Source: an uncultured Candidatus Saccharibacteria bacterium (GTDB taxonomy: Bacteria > Patescibacteriota > Saccharimonadia > CAZHVB01). From it: DNA of 64,000 nt. Position 1 is the stretch's first letter. Each line of letters starts with the position of its first letter. The translations under genes were made by a program, and so were the position numbers. The notes beneath the pieces were generated by a model. The model worked only from the letters and a program-made list of their open reading frames with translations. It did no database searches and was not told where the DNA came from. Of this stretch, positions 35,592 to 44,912 are shown in pieces. Location of the stretch: contig CAZRIY010000001.1 in the NCBI GenBank assembly GCA_964600295.1, positions 91,282 to 155,281 on the forward strand. Reading direction: 5' to 3'.

Positions 35592-36538
35592 CTAACTTTA
35601 ACCGCGAACTGGCTGCTGATAGCTAGCAATAATTGCTCTAGAGCCACGTCTGGGTCTAAAGACGTAGTTTTTATGCGGTAATCGGCATCAATAATTAACC
35701 GGTGGGCTTGACCCAGAGCCTCTAGATCCAACTCTTTGACAGCGGTCCGAGCTTTATTGACCACAAACGGGTTCAAGCTGAAATCGCGGGCAATTTCCGC
35801 TGGCGTCTTATCCTCACCGGCTTTGGCAATGATTAAATTGCGCACCCCCCAACCCAACATTGACAGCACGTACAGCGGTTGGGCGCGGCTGGCCCGCAAC
35901 CGACGGTAAAATTCCAAGGCTTTTCCGGCTGCGCCGCGGTTCAAATTATCAATCAAATCAAAAATTGTTTGTTCAAATTGGGGTTCTACCAATTCTAGAA
36001 TTGAATCTTTGGAAATTTGAGGATCAAAGTTGATCAATTTGTGGACTTCGTGGAACAGCCGCCATTGACTAGACCCTACTCGCTCGGTCAAAAAACTGGC
36101 CGTAGCGTTATCAATTTGGCCACCTTGATCTTTAACTAGCTGTTTCAGCCAGCTGAGCAAGGCTGGGGCATTTAACTCCTCAAATTTGTGGGTTTTGGCT
36201 AACCTTTTGAGTTCTTTAAAAACTTTTGTCCGCTCATCTGGCGTGGATTCGTAAAAAACCACCACGTTATCTTTGGGGACCTGTTCCAGACTGCTAATGA
36301 CTGTTTCGGCTAGAGATTTGTTGGCAACCAAGTCTTCAATAATTACCAGTCGATGGGGTGATAGAAAGGGCACACTGCTAATAGCCGAGGCGACGGTTTG
36401 TGGCTCCAGCAATGTGTCGCTGGCATCAAACCGCTCCAAACCAAAATTATTACCACTGGTAGTTTTGAAGCGTTCTACCAATTCCACTAACTTCTGCCGC
36501 GAAGCAAAGGTATTTGGTCCGTAAAAGAAAAGAATCAT
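35588..36538 (-). CDS. holA: DNA polymerase III subunit delta
   Basis: The 316-aa product starts MILFFYGPNTFASRQKLVEL. Its length and position next to rpsT fit holA. Confidence 0.7.
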   Translation of the reverse strand: MILFFYGPNTFASRQKLVELVERFKTTSGNNFGLERFDASDTLLEPQTVASAISSVPFLSPHRLVIIEDLVANKSLAETVISSLEQVPKDNVVVFYESTPDERTKVFKELKRLAKTHKFEELNAPALLSWLKQLVKDQGGQIDNATASFLTERVGSSQWRLFHEVHKLINFDPQISKDSILELVEPQFEQTIFDLIDNLNRGAAGKALEFYRRLRASRAQPLYVLSMLGWGVRNLIIAKAGEDKTPAEIARDFSLNPFVVNKARTAVKELDLEALGQAHRLIIDADYRIKTTSLDPDVALEQLLLAISSQFAVKVS

Positions 36539-37092
36539 AGCTCTATTTTATGTTTTTTAATCAGGATGCGAGCCCGTGAAGCCAAGGCAAAAACCGGACT
36601 TTTAACAGCAACCTTTAATTCTTGTTTTAAAATCGGCAGGTAGCTAGGATTTTTGAGGGCGATATCGGCAATCGCTTGTAATGAAAACGCCATGACAATC
36701 CGGCTTTGGGTAGTTTTGAGATTACGCAGCATAATTTTGATGGCCTTAGCCTGCTCAGCTTGATTAAGATCAACTAGTGTCAGCATTTCTGCTAAATGCC
36801 AGCGCACTTCTGGCTGCTCAACCCTAGAAATCTTGTTCAAAAGTATGTCTTTATATGGTTCCAATAACCCGGGGTTATTGGTGCTTAGTTTTACAACCGC
36901 ATCGGCCGCCCGCATTCGCACCGCCGGGTTGGGCGATTTCATAGCTTCAAAAACTTGAGTAAATTTCTCGGGGTGACTCTTAACTATGTCTACCACCTGG
37001 TCTACTTTACCGGTGGTTCGCTTATCTCCAAATTCTAATAGTTTAGATATCGACTGCATGGCTATGTTTTTAGGTTCTGGCATTTGGGACAT
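36535..37092 (-). CDS. HEAT/ARM-like repeat protein (possibly a DNA alkylation repair AlkD-like fold)
   Basis: The 185-aa product is all-alpha and repetitive. It overlaps the mutM stop. Confidence 0.3.
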   Translation of the reverse strand: MSQMPEPKNIAMQSISKLLEFGDKRTTGKVDQVVDIVKSHPEKFTQVFEAMKSPNPAVRMRAADAVVKLSTNNPGLLEPYKDILLNKISRVEQPEVRWHLAEMLTLVDLNQAEQAKAIKIMLRNLKTTQSRIVMAFSLQAIADIALKNPSYLPILKQELKVAVKSPVFALASRARILIKKHKIEL

Positions 37093-37955
37093 ACGTGTGT
37101 ACCCCTCCCCGCAACTTTGATCTTTTGAATAATTGTACCGCAGACGGGGCAGGGTTTGCCTTCCCGACGGAAAGCTCGGGCGTATTTTAAATAATCGCCT
37201 TGGATGCCATCAACATTAACGTAGTTGGTAAAGCTGGTACCCCCATGCTCTAACCCTAGTTTCAGTATCTGAATGATCGAGTTATAAAGAGTTTCAATTT
37301 CTTTTTTACTCAGGCTACTGGCCTTGCGCAGGGGATGGATCTTAGCCAGATGCAGGGCTTCATCCACATAGATATTTCCTACCCCCGCCAGAGTGGATTG
37401 GTCCAAAATCACAGCTTTAATGGGAGCATTGCGCCGCTGGATAATTTGACGAAAATCGGTTAGTAAGAAACCCTCGCTCAAAGGTTCCGGACCCAGCCGG
37501 GCAATCAGTACGTTTTTATTTACCTCATCATTGGGTACCAATTTTATCCAGCCAAATTTGCGCTGATCATTAAAAAATAGATTGCTTCTGTTCTTAAACG
37601 TAAAGATAACTCTAGTCGAACTATCTGGCAGATCGGCCATCATACTTTTTGTCGGATGACCTCCAGCAAATCGTCGTTTTGTTTGTTTCTTGTTGCTTGT
37701 TTCTTGCACCTTCTCGTCGAAGACGAGTTGTCCTGTCATTTTAAGATGAATTAAAAGGGAATAATCGTTGGCTAGGCGGATAATCAAGACTTTGCCCCGT
37801 CGCTCGATGTCGGTGATCTCGTGATGGATTAGATTTTTTAAATCATCCGCCGGAAACGACTTTTGCCAATGGACATCGATTCTATCGACCTGCTGACCCA
37901 CCAGTTTTTGCAACAATCCACGACGAATCGTTTCAACTTCAGGAAGTTCGGGCAT
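37062..37955 (-). CDS. mutM: Formamidopyrimidine-DNA glycosylase (Fpg/MutM) with an internal ~35-aa insertion
   Basis: The catalytic N-terminus MPELPEVETIRRGL is present with an H2TH region and a C-terminal zinc finger (CPVCGTIIQ...CPKCQ). The insertion reads EKVQETSNKKQTKRRFAGGHPTKSMMADLPDSS. Confidence 0.85.
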   Translation of the reverse strand: MPELPEVETIRRGLLQKLVGQQVDRIDVHWQKSFPADDLKNLIHHEITDIERRGKVLIIRLANDYSLLIHLKMTGQLVFDEKVQETSNKKQTKRRFAGGHPTKSMMADLPDSSTRVIFTFKNRSNLFFNDQRKFGWIKLVPNDEVNKNVLIARLGPEPLSEGFLLTDFRQIIQRRNAPIKAVILDQSTLAGVGNIYVDEALHLAKIHPLRKASSLSKKEIETLYNSIIQILKLGLEHGGTSFTNYVNVDGIQGDYLKYARAFRREGKPCPVCGTIIQKIKVAGRGTHVCPKCQNLKT

Positions 37956-38439
37956 TATCTGTTCCTATTAGCGGATAGCGATCGGGATTAGCCTGAAAGT
38001 GTTCGACCCAAGAATTATCGGCCGCAATTTCGATAGTCTCCAAGTAAATACCGCCATCAAAACCACCGTGCTTTAGCCGCCTGTCTTCTTGGACAGTTCT
38101 TAAGCTAGCTCGACTTAACTCGATTTCTTTTAGTTTTGCCTCAATCAATCCTTGGTAATCGGCAGTCTCTTGATCGGGTTCTAATCTGGTAAAAGTGTCT
38201 ACAACTTCCTGCAGATCAGCCAGTTCGTCTACCAACTCATCCGGGTTATCGGTGTTTAGCTCTCGAGATTCTTCAACCAGTTTATTTCTTAGAGCTGTAA
38301 TTAACTCCACCCCCACTAAGCGCCGGTACTTTGGAGTTGAACCCTCCTCTAGCATGCGGTTGAGGATTTTATCACGGATCAGCTTATCGAATCTAAACGT
38401 TAGAGTTTCTGATGATTTAGTCTCGGGCGATGCGGGCAT
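37939..38439 (-). CDS. Hypothetical protein, possibly a MazG-like all-alpha NTP pyrophosphohydrolase fold
   Basis: The EELADLQEVVDT-like EExxD motif is the only recognisable feature. Confidence 0.3.
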   Translation of the reverse strand: MPASPETKSSETLTFRFDKLIRDKILNRMLEEGSTPKYRRLVGVELITALRNKLVEESRELNTDNPDELVDELADLQEVVDTFTRLEPDQETADYQGLIEAKLKEIELSRASLRTVQEDRRLKHGGFDGGIYLETIEIAADNSWVEHFQANPDRYPLIGTDNARTS

Positions 38440-38879
38440 TATCTAACCTTTTTTAGATAATCTTGAACGCCTTTGAGCCAACCGCCGTTGAAATATCTTT
38501 CAGGCTTGAAGGTTTTGATTTCAACCCATAAAAATCCGGTATGCTCACTGCTAAGCTCTATATTTCCATTAATGTATTCGGCCTCATAGCCGATTGCAAA
38601 AATTTTTACCTGGGGTTTGCCTTTTAAGGTTTGTTCTTGTCGTTGGTGCCTCATAAAAACCCTTGGCTCACCGAGTTTATAGATAACTTTTGACCCAACT
38701 TCTTCTTTAATCTCTCGAGCTACAACTTCCTCGAGCGGGGTATTGAATTCGCTTTCTCGCAAGCGACCTCCGGGCAAATCCCAATCACCATACTCATCCT
38801 TTAAAATCAGTAATTTTGAACCATGACTTAAGAAGATCTTGACCGCTACGTAGTAGAGCTGATTATCCTCACTGCTCAT
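38439..38879 (-). CDS. NUDIX hydrolase
   Basis: The Nudix box GGRLRESEFNTPLEEVVAREIKEEVG is present. Confidence 0.85.
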   Translation of the reverse strand: MSSEDNQLYYVAVKIFLSHGSKLLILKDEYGDWDLPGGRLRESEFNTPLEEVVAREIKEEVGSKVIYKLGEPRVFMRHQRQEQTLKGKPQVKIFAIGYEAEYINGNIELSSEHTGFLWVEIKTFKPERYFNGGWLKGVQDYLKKVR

Positions 38880-39169
38880 AGTTCACCTCGGTTGGATTTT
38901 TTCTGGCTATCATTATCTCGATATCTTAACTTGGCCATAACGATCAGACTAGCAAACACCAATATAAATACGTTGGTCAAACTAACTACCCAATCATCCC
39001 GGTATATTCCGTAGACTATCCATAAAGTTGCGGCTATTGCGATAAGTGAAAAAGTAACCAAAGATATGTCCCTCACCTGCTTAGTCCTATAGATTTTTAG
39101 CAATTGAGGCAAAAGCGTAATGATAGTCAAAATTGGCAGCGCAATGCTAATTGCGGTAATCCAGGTCAT
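38876..39169 (-). CDS. SemiSWEET / PQ-loop sugar transporter family protein
   Basis: The 97-aa product has three TM helices and the PQLLKIYRTKQ PQ-loop motif in TM1. Confidence 0.55.
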   Translation of the reverse strand: MTWITAISIALPILTIITLLPQLLKIYRTKQVRDISLVTFSLIAIAATLWIVYGIYRDDWVVSLTNVFILVFASLIVMAKLRYRDNDSQKKSNRGEL

Positions 39170-39173
39170 GAAT

Positions 39174-39548
39174 CTAACCAGACTTCTTTACAGGATCGCG
39201 TAATTCGAGACCACTGATCCCCTTAAAATCAGCTGTATTATGCGTCCAAAGTTCTAGATTATGCGCTAGAGCCGTAGCGGCGATCACGGCGTCTGGAGTT
39301 TTGATTTTATGGGTTTTGCGCAAGCGAATTGTTGCTTCTGCAATTGGCTCTGTTAGGGGGAGTAGTTCAATCAGTGCTAAAAATTGCCGAATACTTTGCC
39401 CTTCTTTGCGACCAATATCACGATAGGCAAGAGCTTCTATTTTAGTGATGATGGAAGCAGCTAACTCCTGGTCTTCAAGTTTAGATACTAGCAAACCGCT
39501 TGGATCTTGAACCGCATAAATAATGATGTTAGCGTCGAGTAAGATCAC
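39174..39548 (-). CDS. vapC: Type II toxin VapC (PIN domain)
   Basis: The PIN N-terminus is VILLDANIIIYAV. A probable GTG start at 39548 overlaps the vapB stop; the ORF-table ATG at 39629 would overlap vapB by 70 nt. Confidence 0.65.
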   Translation of the reverse strand: MILLDANIIIYAVQDPSGLLVSKLEDQELAASIITKIEALAYRDIGRKEGQSIRQFLALIELLPLTEPIAEATIRLRKTHKIKTPDAVIAATALAHNLELWTHNTADFKGISGLELRDPVKKSG

Positions 39549-39558
39549 GCTGTTTGCG

Positions 39559-39804
39559 CTACCGCGTATCCCATTCGGAGCGGAGCTTGCGCTGCCAAGC
39601 CACCGGATCTTTGATCTCAGCAAAAGCACCCATCTTGGCTAGCTCTCGTAAGACTGCAATAGCTTTCTTGGTATCTGGCCGGCTCTTCTTGATAGACACT
39701 TCTACGTCATCGCCAGTCATAATCCCAAGCCGATTCAAATAGGCTCCACTAAGTCTTACTCCCCGGGAATTTCCAATCTTAATTACCTTGGCCTTAACTG
39801 TCAT
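39559..39804 (-). CDS. vapB: Type II antitoxin VapB (AbrB/SpoVT-type)
   Basis: The product contains VIKIGNSRGVRLSGAYLNRLGIMTGDDVEVSI. Confidence 0.65.
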   Translation of the reverse strand: MTVKAKVIKIGNSRGVRLSGAYLNRLGIMTGDDVEVSIKKSRPDTKKAIAVLRELAKMGAFAEIKDPVAWQRKLRSEWDTR

Positions 39805-39911
39805 AGTAATTACTATTGTAATTACATATTAACCCTTAGTCAATTTCTATAAATCGCCCCAGTTGGTGCCGATCTTGACCCATTCGACTACGCTCAGGGT
39901 AAACTTCAACA

Positions 39912-42530
39912 CTACAACTCTCCCCAGTTCGAGCCTACTTTTACATCAACTTTGAGTTCGACGGGCATTTTATGGATACCTTCCATGATGGTTTTGAGCA
40001 ACTTGGCTGTTCGATCAGCCATGGTTTTGGGTACTTCTACCAAAATTGAGTCATGAATTTGCAGGGTCATGCGGCAATCCTTGTCCAATTTTTTGTCGAT
40101 CTCGATCATGGCCATCTTGGTTAGGTCCGCGGCGGTGCCCTGGATGGGCATATTCATCGCCGCGCGCTCTGCTGCAGCCCGCACCACCCAGTTGGAAGAG
40201 TGGACATCTGGCATGGGCCGGCGGCGGCCAAATAGCGTTTCGACATAACCTTTCTCATGGGCCTGTTTTTTAAGGCTCTCTAGATATTTCAGGAGTTTTT
40301 GACGGATTTTAAAGTAGCGGTCGATAAATTCCTTAGCTTTATCGCGGCTCATACCCGTAGCTACAGACAACCCATGGGCAGAAAGCCCATAGAGCACGCC
40401 AAAATTGACGGTTTTGGCGGCCCGGCGCATATCCGAGGTGATCATATCCAGTTCGACGTCGTACAGCTCGGCGGCCGTCATAGCATGAATATCTATACCT
40501 TTGTTAAAGGCGTGGATCATATTGGTATCATTGGCCAGCACGGCGGCCATGCGCAGTTCGTTCTGGGAGTAATCGGCCGAGATTAAGAGGTTGTCCGGCT
40601 CGGCAATAAAACCTTTACGGATTTGTTTGCCCACATCGCTGCGGATAGGAATGTTTTGCAGATTGGGCTTGTCAGAGGAAAGCCGACCAGTCTGGGCTAC
40701 GGTTTGGTTGAAAGTGGTGTGCAAACGGCTCTGCTTATCTACCTGTTTGGGCAAAGTATCGACATAGGTGCTTTTGAGCTTAGTCAGCTCCCTGTACTCA
40801 CTGATTAGGTTAATGATTGGGTGTAGACCCCGAAGTTTATCCAGTTCGGGGGCTGCAGTAGAATAGCCGGTTTTGGTTCGGGCAATACCCTTGGTGGGTA
40901 AGGCCAATTTATCAAACAGCACCATAGCCAGTTGGGCGGGTGAGCTGATATTGAACTCCTGCCCGGCTTCTTTAAAAATCAGTTTTTGAATTTCGTTAAT
41001 TCGCTGGGTTAGTTCAACCGACATTTTGTCCAAGTATTTGGTGTCGAGTTTGACACCAAAATGCTCGATACGCGCCAACACCGGGATGATTGGAAATTCA
41101 ATATCATTGGCCAGCCGGTGCAGGGTGGGCACTTTGGCCAGCTGCTTTTGGTACCTGTTGTACAGCCCCCATAGAGCTGCACCGATCTGCAGAGCTGTTT
41201 GGTCGCTAGTGGGCAAAGCTTGAGGATTGTCGTCAAAGTTGATCTCAAGCTCGTCCAAGGCCAGATCGGCTAGGTTTTGCAACCGCAGCAAAGGATTTAT
41301 AACGAAAGCCGCTACCATTACATCAAATACCGATTTGGGGGTGGGAGTACTCCAAGCTTTGAGGTCATTTTTTAGGTGATAGCCGATTAGTTCCTTGCTC
41401 TCCAGCAGTTTTGGGATCAGTCCGAATAGCTTGGGGTCTACTACACGGTAGACTTGGGCAGCAGTAGGAGCAATTATCAGTTCCTTGGGCTCTGGCAATT
41501 GACTGGCTGGGCTGACTTCAGTCAAGGTCAGTATTGCTTGTCGCGGGTTTTTGAGAGCCATCTCCAACTGAACTTTGGTTGTAATAGTCTCGACTTTGCC
41601 GCGTAGTTTGATTTGGCTGGTTTTGGTCAATAGCTCTGGGACGGCAAGCTTGCGCATCTGGGGTGGCAGGTCTTCGACCAACCGCCGAAATTCCAGTTTA
41701 CGGAATAAATCGGCGATTTCGGTCGGATTGGCTTCTGTCACATCGGCGGCTTTGAGATCGAGCTTTACTGGCGCATCGAATTTGATCTCCAAAAGTTTAT
41801 GCGACAGAAAGGCCATATCGCGATCGGTTTCTAGTTTAGCTCGCAGCTTTTCGGGGATTTTGGGCAATTTTTTATATACGCCCTCCAGCGTACCGAACTG
41901 TTTTATCAAGTCTTTGGCGGTTTTATCACCAATGCCGGCTACGCCGGGAACATTATCGCTGGAATCACCCTTAAGCGCCTTGTAGTCAATGAACTGTTCG
42001 GGGGTCATGCCGTATTCTTCGACAAACTTGTCTTTGGTATACATCACAATGTTGGTGAGACCGCGCTTGAGGGCGCAAACGTCGGTATCGTCATCTACAG
42101 CCTGGAGCACGTCCAAATCGCTGGTGACCAGTATTGTCTTGATTTTTTTACCACGAGCTTGCTTAGCCAAGGTTGCCATAATATCGTCGGCTTCATAATC
42201 ATCAAGTTCGAGCAGCGGCCAATTGAAACCTTCTAGCAGCTGGCGTAGGATAGGAATTTGCTCGCGTAGATCATCGGGCATTGGTTTACGATTGGCCTTG
42301 TACTGGGCATACAGCTTGCGACGCGAGCGAATATTGGTTTTGGATTTATCCCAAGCCACAATAACGTAGTCGGGATTGAGTTTTTTTAGTACTTGCAATG
42401 CTAATACCGCAAACCCGTAGACCCCACCGGTAGGTTGACCCTGGCCAGTGGCCAGGGTGGGCATGGCGTAGTAACCGCGATAAAATACCGATTTGCCATC
42501 AATTACGGCCAGTTTCTTAACCGAACCCAT
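39912..42530 (-). CDS. polA: DNA polymerase I
   Basis: The 872-aa product has a 5'-3' exonuclease domain (LAVIDGKSVFYRGYYA), a central domain and family A polymerase motifs (DYSQNELRMAA, QIHDSIL). Confidence 0.92.
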   Translation of the reverse strand: MGSVKKLAVIDGKSVFYRGYYAMPTLATGQGQPTGGVYGFAVLALQVLKKLNPDYVIVAWDKSKTNIRSRRKLYAQYKANRKPMPDDLREQIPILRQLLEGFNWPLLELDDYEADDIMATLAKQARGKKIKTILVTSDLDVLQAVDDDTDVCALKRGLTNIVMYTKDKFVEEYGMTPEQFIDYKALKGDSSDNVPGVAGIGDKTAKDLIKQFGTLEGVYKKLPKIPEKLRAKLETDRDMAFLSHKLLEIKFDAPVKLDLKAADVTEANPTEIADLFRKLEFRRLVEDLPPQMRKLAVPELLTKTSQIKLRGKVETITTKVQLEMALKNPRQAILTLTEVSPASQLPEPKELIIAPTAAQVYRVVDPKLFGLIPKLLESKELIGYHLKNDLKAWSTPTPKSVFDVMVAAFVINPLLRLQNLADLALDELEINFDDNPQALPTSDQTALQIGAALWGLYNRYQKQLAKVPTLHRLANDIEFPIIPVLARIEHFGVKLDTKYLDKMSVELTQRINEIQKLIFKEAGQEFNISSPAQLAMVLFDKLALPTKGIARTKTGYSTAAPELDKLRGLHPIINLISEYRELTKLKSTYVDTLPKQVDKQSRLHTTFNQTVAQTGRLSSDKPNLQNIPIRSDVGKQIRKGFIAEPDNLLISADYSQNELRMAAVLANDTNMIHAFNKGIDIHAMTAAELYDVELDMITSDMRRAAKTVNFGVLYGLSAHGLSVATGMSRDKAKEFIDRYFKIRQKLLKYLESLKKQAHEKGYVETLFGRRRPMPDVHSSNWVVRAAAERAAMNMPIQGTAADLTKMAMIEIDKKLDKDCRMTLQIHDSILVEVPKTMADRTAKLLKTIMEGIHKMPVELKVDVKVGSNWGEL

Positions 42531-42599
42531 ATTGTCTTAATTATAACGGATCGAGCGCAGACCCAACGGTCTCAACTTATGGGTAAGTATTATCTAAAG

Positions 42600-43631
42600 T
42601 TAATCTGGCCTAAATTTTTGCAAGAGATGGCCCGCTATTCCATCACGAAGTTTATCAAGTGCATTATTTCTAATTTGATTGGCCCTCTGGGGGCTAATCC
42701 CAATCCGCTCGCCTATTTTGTAGCTTCCTTGTGGTTCGCCATCTACAAGACCATAGCTTAGCCCCAGGATATATCGTTCACGCTCGGTAAGATTGGCCAA
42801 ACTGAGATGAATTGCCTCTGCTAAACCTTGGTTATCCACTTCTTTGATGGCCTCGGTCTCAGTATCATCAGCGCCAGCCACCAATTCTTTGAGGTAGCCT
42901 TCATCACCAGAATCCAGGCTAAGTGGTTGATCTAAAGAAATGATTGGCTGGACATATTTTTTAAATAAACTGACTTTTTCAAGTGGGATACCGGCCAACT
43001 CGGCATATTCTTGATCTGTAGGAGGCCGGTTAAACTCGGCTTCAAATCGCTGAGATTCTTTGGCGGCAGCTTTTTGCTTTTCTACCATATGAACTGGTAA
43101 ACGGATGGTTCTACCCGTATCGGCAATGGCGCGGGTGATATATTGGCGGATCCAATACGTTCCGTAGGTTGAGAATTTATAACCTCGGCGCCAGTCGAAT
43201 AGCTCTACACCGTGCATTAAACCCAGATTGCCTTCGTTGATTAAATCTCCCAGCAGTAAACCTTGGCCTGTATATTTTTTGGCAATCGAAATAACTAGCT
43301 TGAGGTTGTAGCCAATGAAGCGCTGTCTAGCGGCGGCCCCGTCCTCAATTAGCTGGTTAAGCTGGGCCCAACTTTTTGAAAACCGATGCGGCTGCAGTTC
43401 GGCTAATTGCTGCTCGGCTTCCTTGCCTTTTTCAATTTGCTGCGCCAGCTCGATTTCTTCTTGCTTGGTCAGAATCGGATGAGTACCGGCCTCATTTAGG
43501 TAGATTTTGACCGAATCTTCGGGAATATCTTCGATATCGCTGGGTTTTATCACTTCTTCGGTCGTCTGTTCGTAAACACTAGACTGGTTTACCTCCCCAA
43601 AAGCGCCGGGGTCATGCATAGTCTCGCTCAT
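42600..43631 (-). CDS. RNA polymerase sigma-70 family factor (second RpoD-like paralog)
   Basis: The product has regions 1.2 to 4 (YLNEAGTHPILTKQEEIELAQQI...). It is 343 aa and lies immediately downstream of rpoD. Confidence 0.8.
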   Translation of the reverse strand: MSETMHDPGAFGEVNQSSVYEQTTEEVIKPSDIEDIPEDSVKIYLNEAGTHPILTKQEEIELAQQIEKGKEAEQQLAELQPHRFSKSWAQLNQLIEDGAAARQRFIGYNLKLVISIAKKYTGQGLLLGDLINEGNLGLMHGVELFDWRRGYKFSTYGTYWIRQYITRAIADTGRTIRLPVHMVEKQKAAAKESQRFEAEFNRPPTDQEYAELAGIPLEKVSLFKKYVQPIISLDQPLSLDSGDEGYLKELVAGADDTETEAIKEVDNQGLAEAIHLSLANLTERERYILGLSYGLVDGEPQGSYKIGERIGISPQRANQIRNNALDKLRDGIAGHLLQKFRPD

Positions 43632-43676
43632 TACTTATATTATTGATCCTGAAAGGGTAAATAGACAATAAATAAT

Positions 43677-44798
43677 CTATTTGAGGTAATCGCGGAGGGA
43701 TTTGGAATCACGGTTTTTGCGTAGTTTGGCTAGGGCTTTGGCTTCAATCTGCCGAATGCGTTCACGGGTCACGCCGAACTCCTGACCAACTTCTTCCAGT
43801 GTATGGGTGCGGCCATCTTCTAGGCCAAAGCGCATGCGCAAAATTTTCTGTTCTCGCGGCGTCAAGATATCCAGCATCTGGCCGACGTGCTCCTTCAGTA
43901 GTTGATCGGTGGCCGATTCTTCGGGGCTTTTGGTATCTTCGTCCTCAATAAACTGAACTAGAGTTGAATCTTCTTCGTCATCGCGTACCGGAGCATCGAG
44001 AGAAGCAATATCTTGCTTAATTTTCATGATATGGTCGATCTTTTCGACCTCCATCTCCATGGCTTCGGCCAGTTCATCATTGGTCGGCTCACGTCCCAAT
44101 TCCTGAGTCAGTCGCCGCTGGTTACGCAGTAGTTTGTTGATGGTTTCTACCATATGAACTGGGATGCGGATTACCCGAGCTTGATCAGCAATTGCCCGGG
44201 TGATGGCCTGGCGGATCCACCAAGTAGCATAAGTCGAAAACTTAAAACCTTTATCTGGATCGAACTTTTCGACTGCTCGCAGCAGACCAGTATTACCTTC
44301 CTGGATTAAATCGAGTAGGTCTAGCCCGCGGCCGACGTAGCGCTTGGCAATCGAGACCACCAGGCGCATGTTGGCCTCGGCCATCTGATCTTTGGCCTTC
44401 TTTTCGCCCCTGCGGACTTTGTGCGCCAGGGTGATTTCTTCCGGGGGAGTTAACAGAGGAATTTTGCCAATTTCGCGTAGATACAGACGCACCGAATCAT
44501 CGGCAATATCGTCTAAATACTTGTCGTCATCCTCAGCCGCATCATCACCTTCATCGCTCTCCCATGGGCTGCCCTTTTGATTGATAATTTCAACGTTGGC
44601 ATCGAGGAGATCAGCGTGCAGCTGATCTAGCACATCCATGTTTTCTTCGGTCTCCGGGATGGCTTTAATAATTTCGTTGTAGTCAATATAGCCTTGGCGC
44701 TTGCCTTTCTTGAGCAAGGTTTGAGCTTTGGGCTGGGCAGCCGGAATCTCTTCAGGCTCTGGCGTTGCCGCAGCTACAGCCTTCTTAGCCAATCTCAC
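43677..44798 (-). CDS. rpoD: RNA polymerase primary sigma factor
   Basis: The product contains [32 protein letters not shown], has an acidic region 1 and follows dnaG. Confidence 0.85.
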   Translation of the reverse strand: MRLAKKAVAAATPEPEEIPAAQPKAQTLLKKGKRQGYIDYNEIIKAIPETEENMDVLDQLHADLLDANVEIINQKGSPWESDEGDDAAEDDDKYLDDIADDSVRLYLREIGKIPLLTPPEEITLAHKVRRGEKKAKDQMAEANMRLVVSIAKRYVGRGLDLLDLIQEGNTGLLRAVEKFDPDKGFKFSTYATWWIRQAITRAIADQARVIRIPVHMVETINKLLRNQRRLTQELGREPTNDELAEAMEMEVEKIDHIMKIKQDIASLDAPVRDDEEDSTLVQFIEDEDTKSPEESATDQLLKEHVGQMLDILTPREQKILRMRFGLEDGRTHTLEEVGQEFGVTRERIRQIEAKALAKLRKNRDSKSLRDYLK

Positions 44799-44912
44799 CT
44801 CCTTTAATTAAATGTTCAATGTTCAGTTCTCAATTTTCATTGAATTCTCAATGTTACATTGATTCATTGGGCCTTGATTGAAAATTGTAAATTGGAGCTT
44901 GAAAATTTTTAT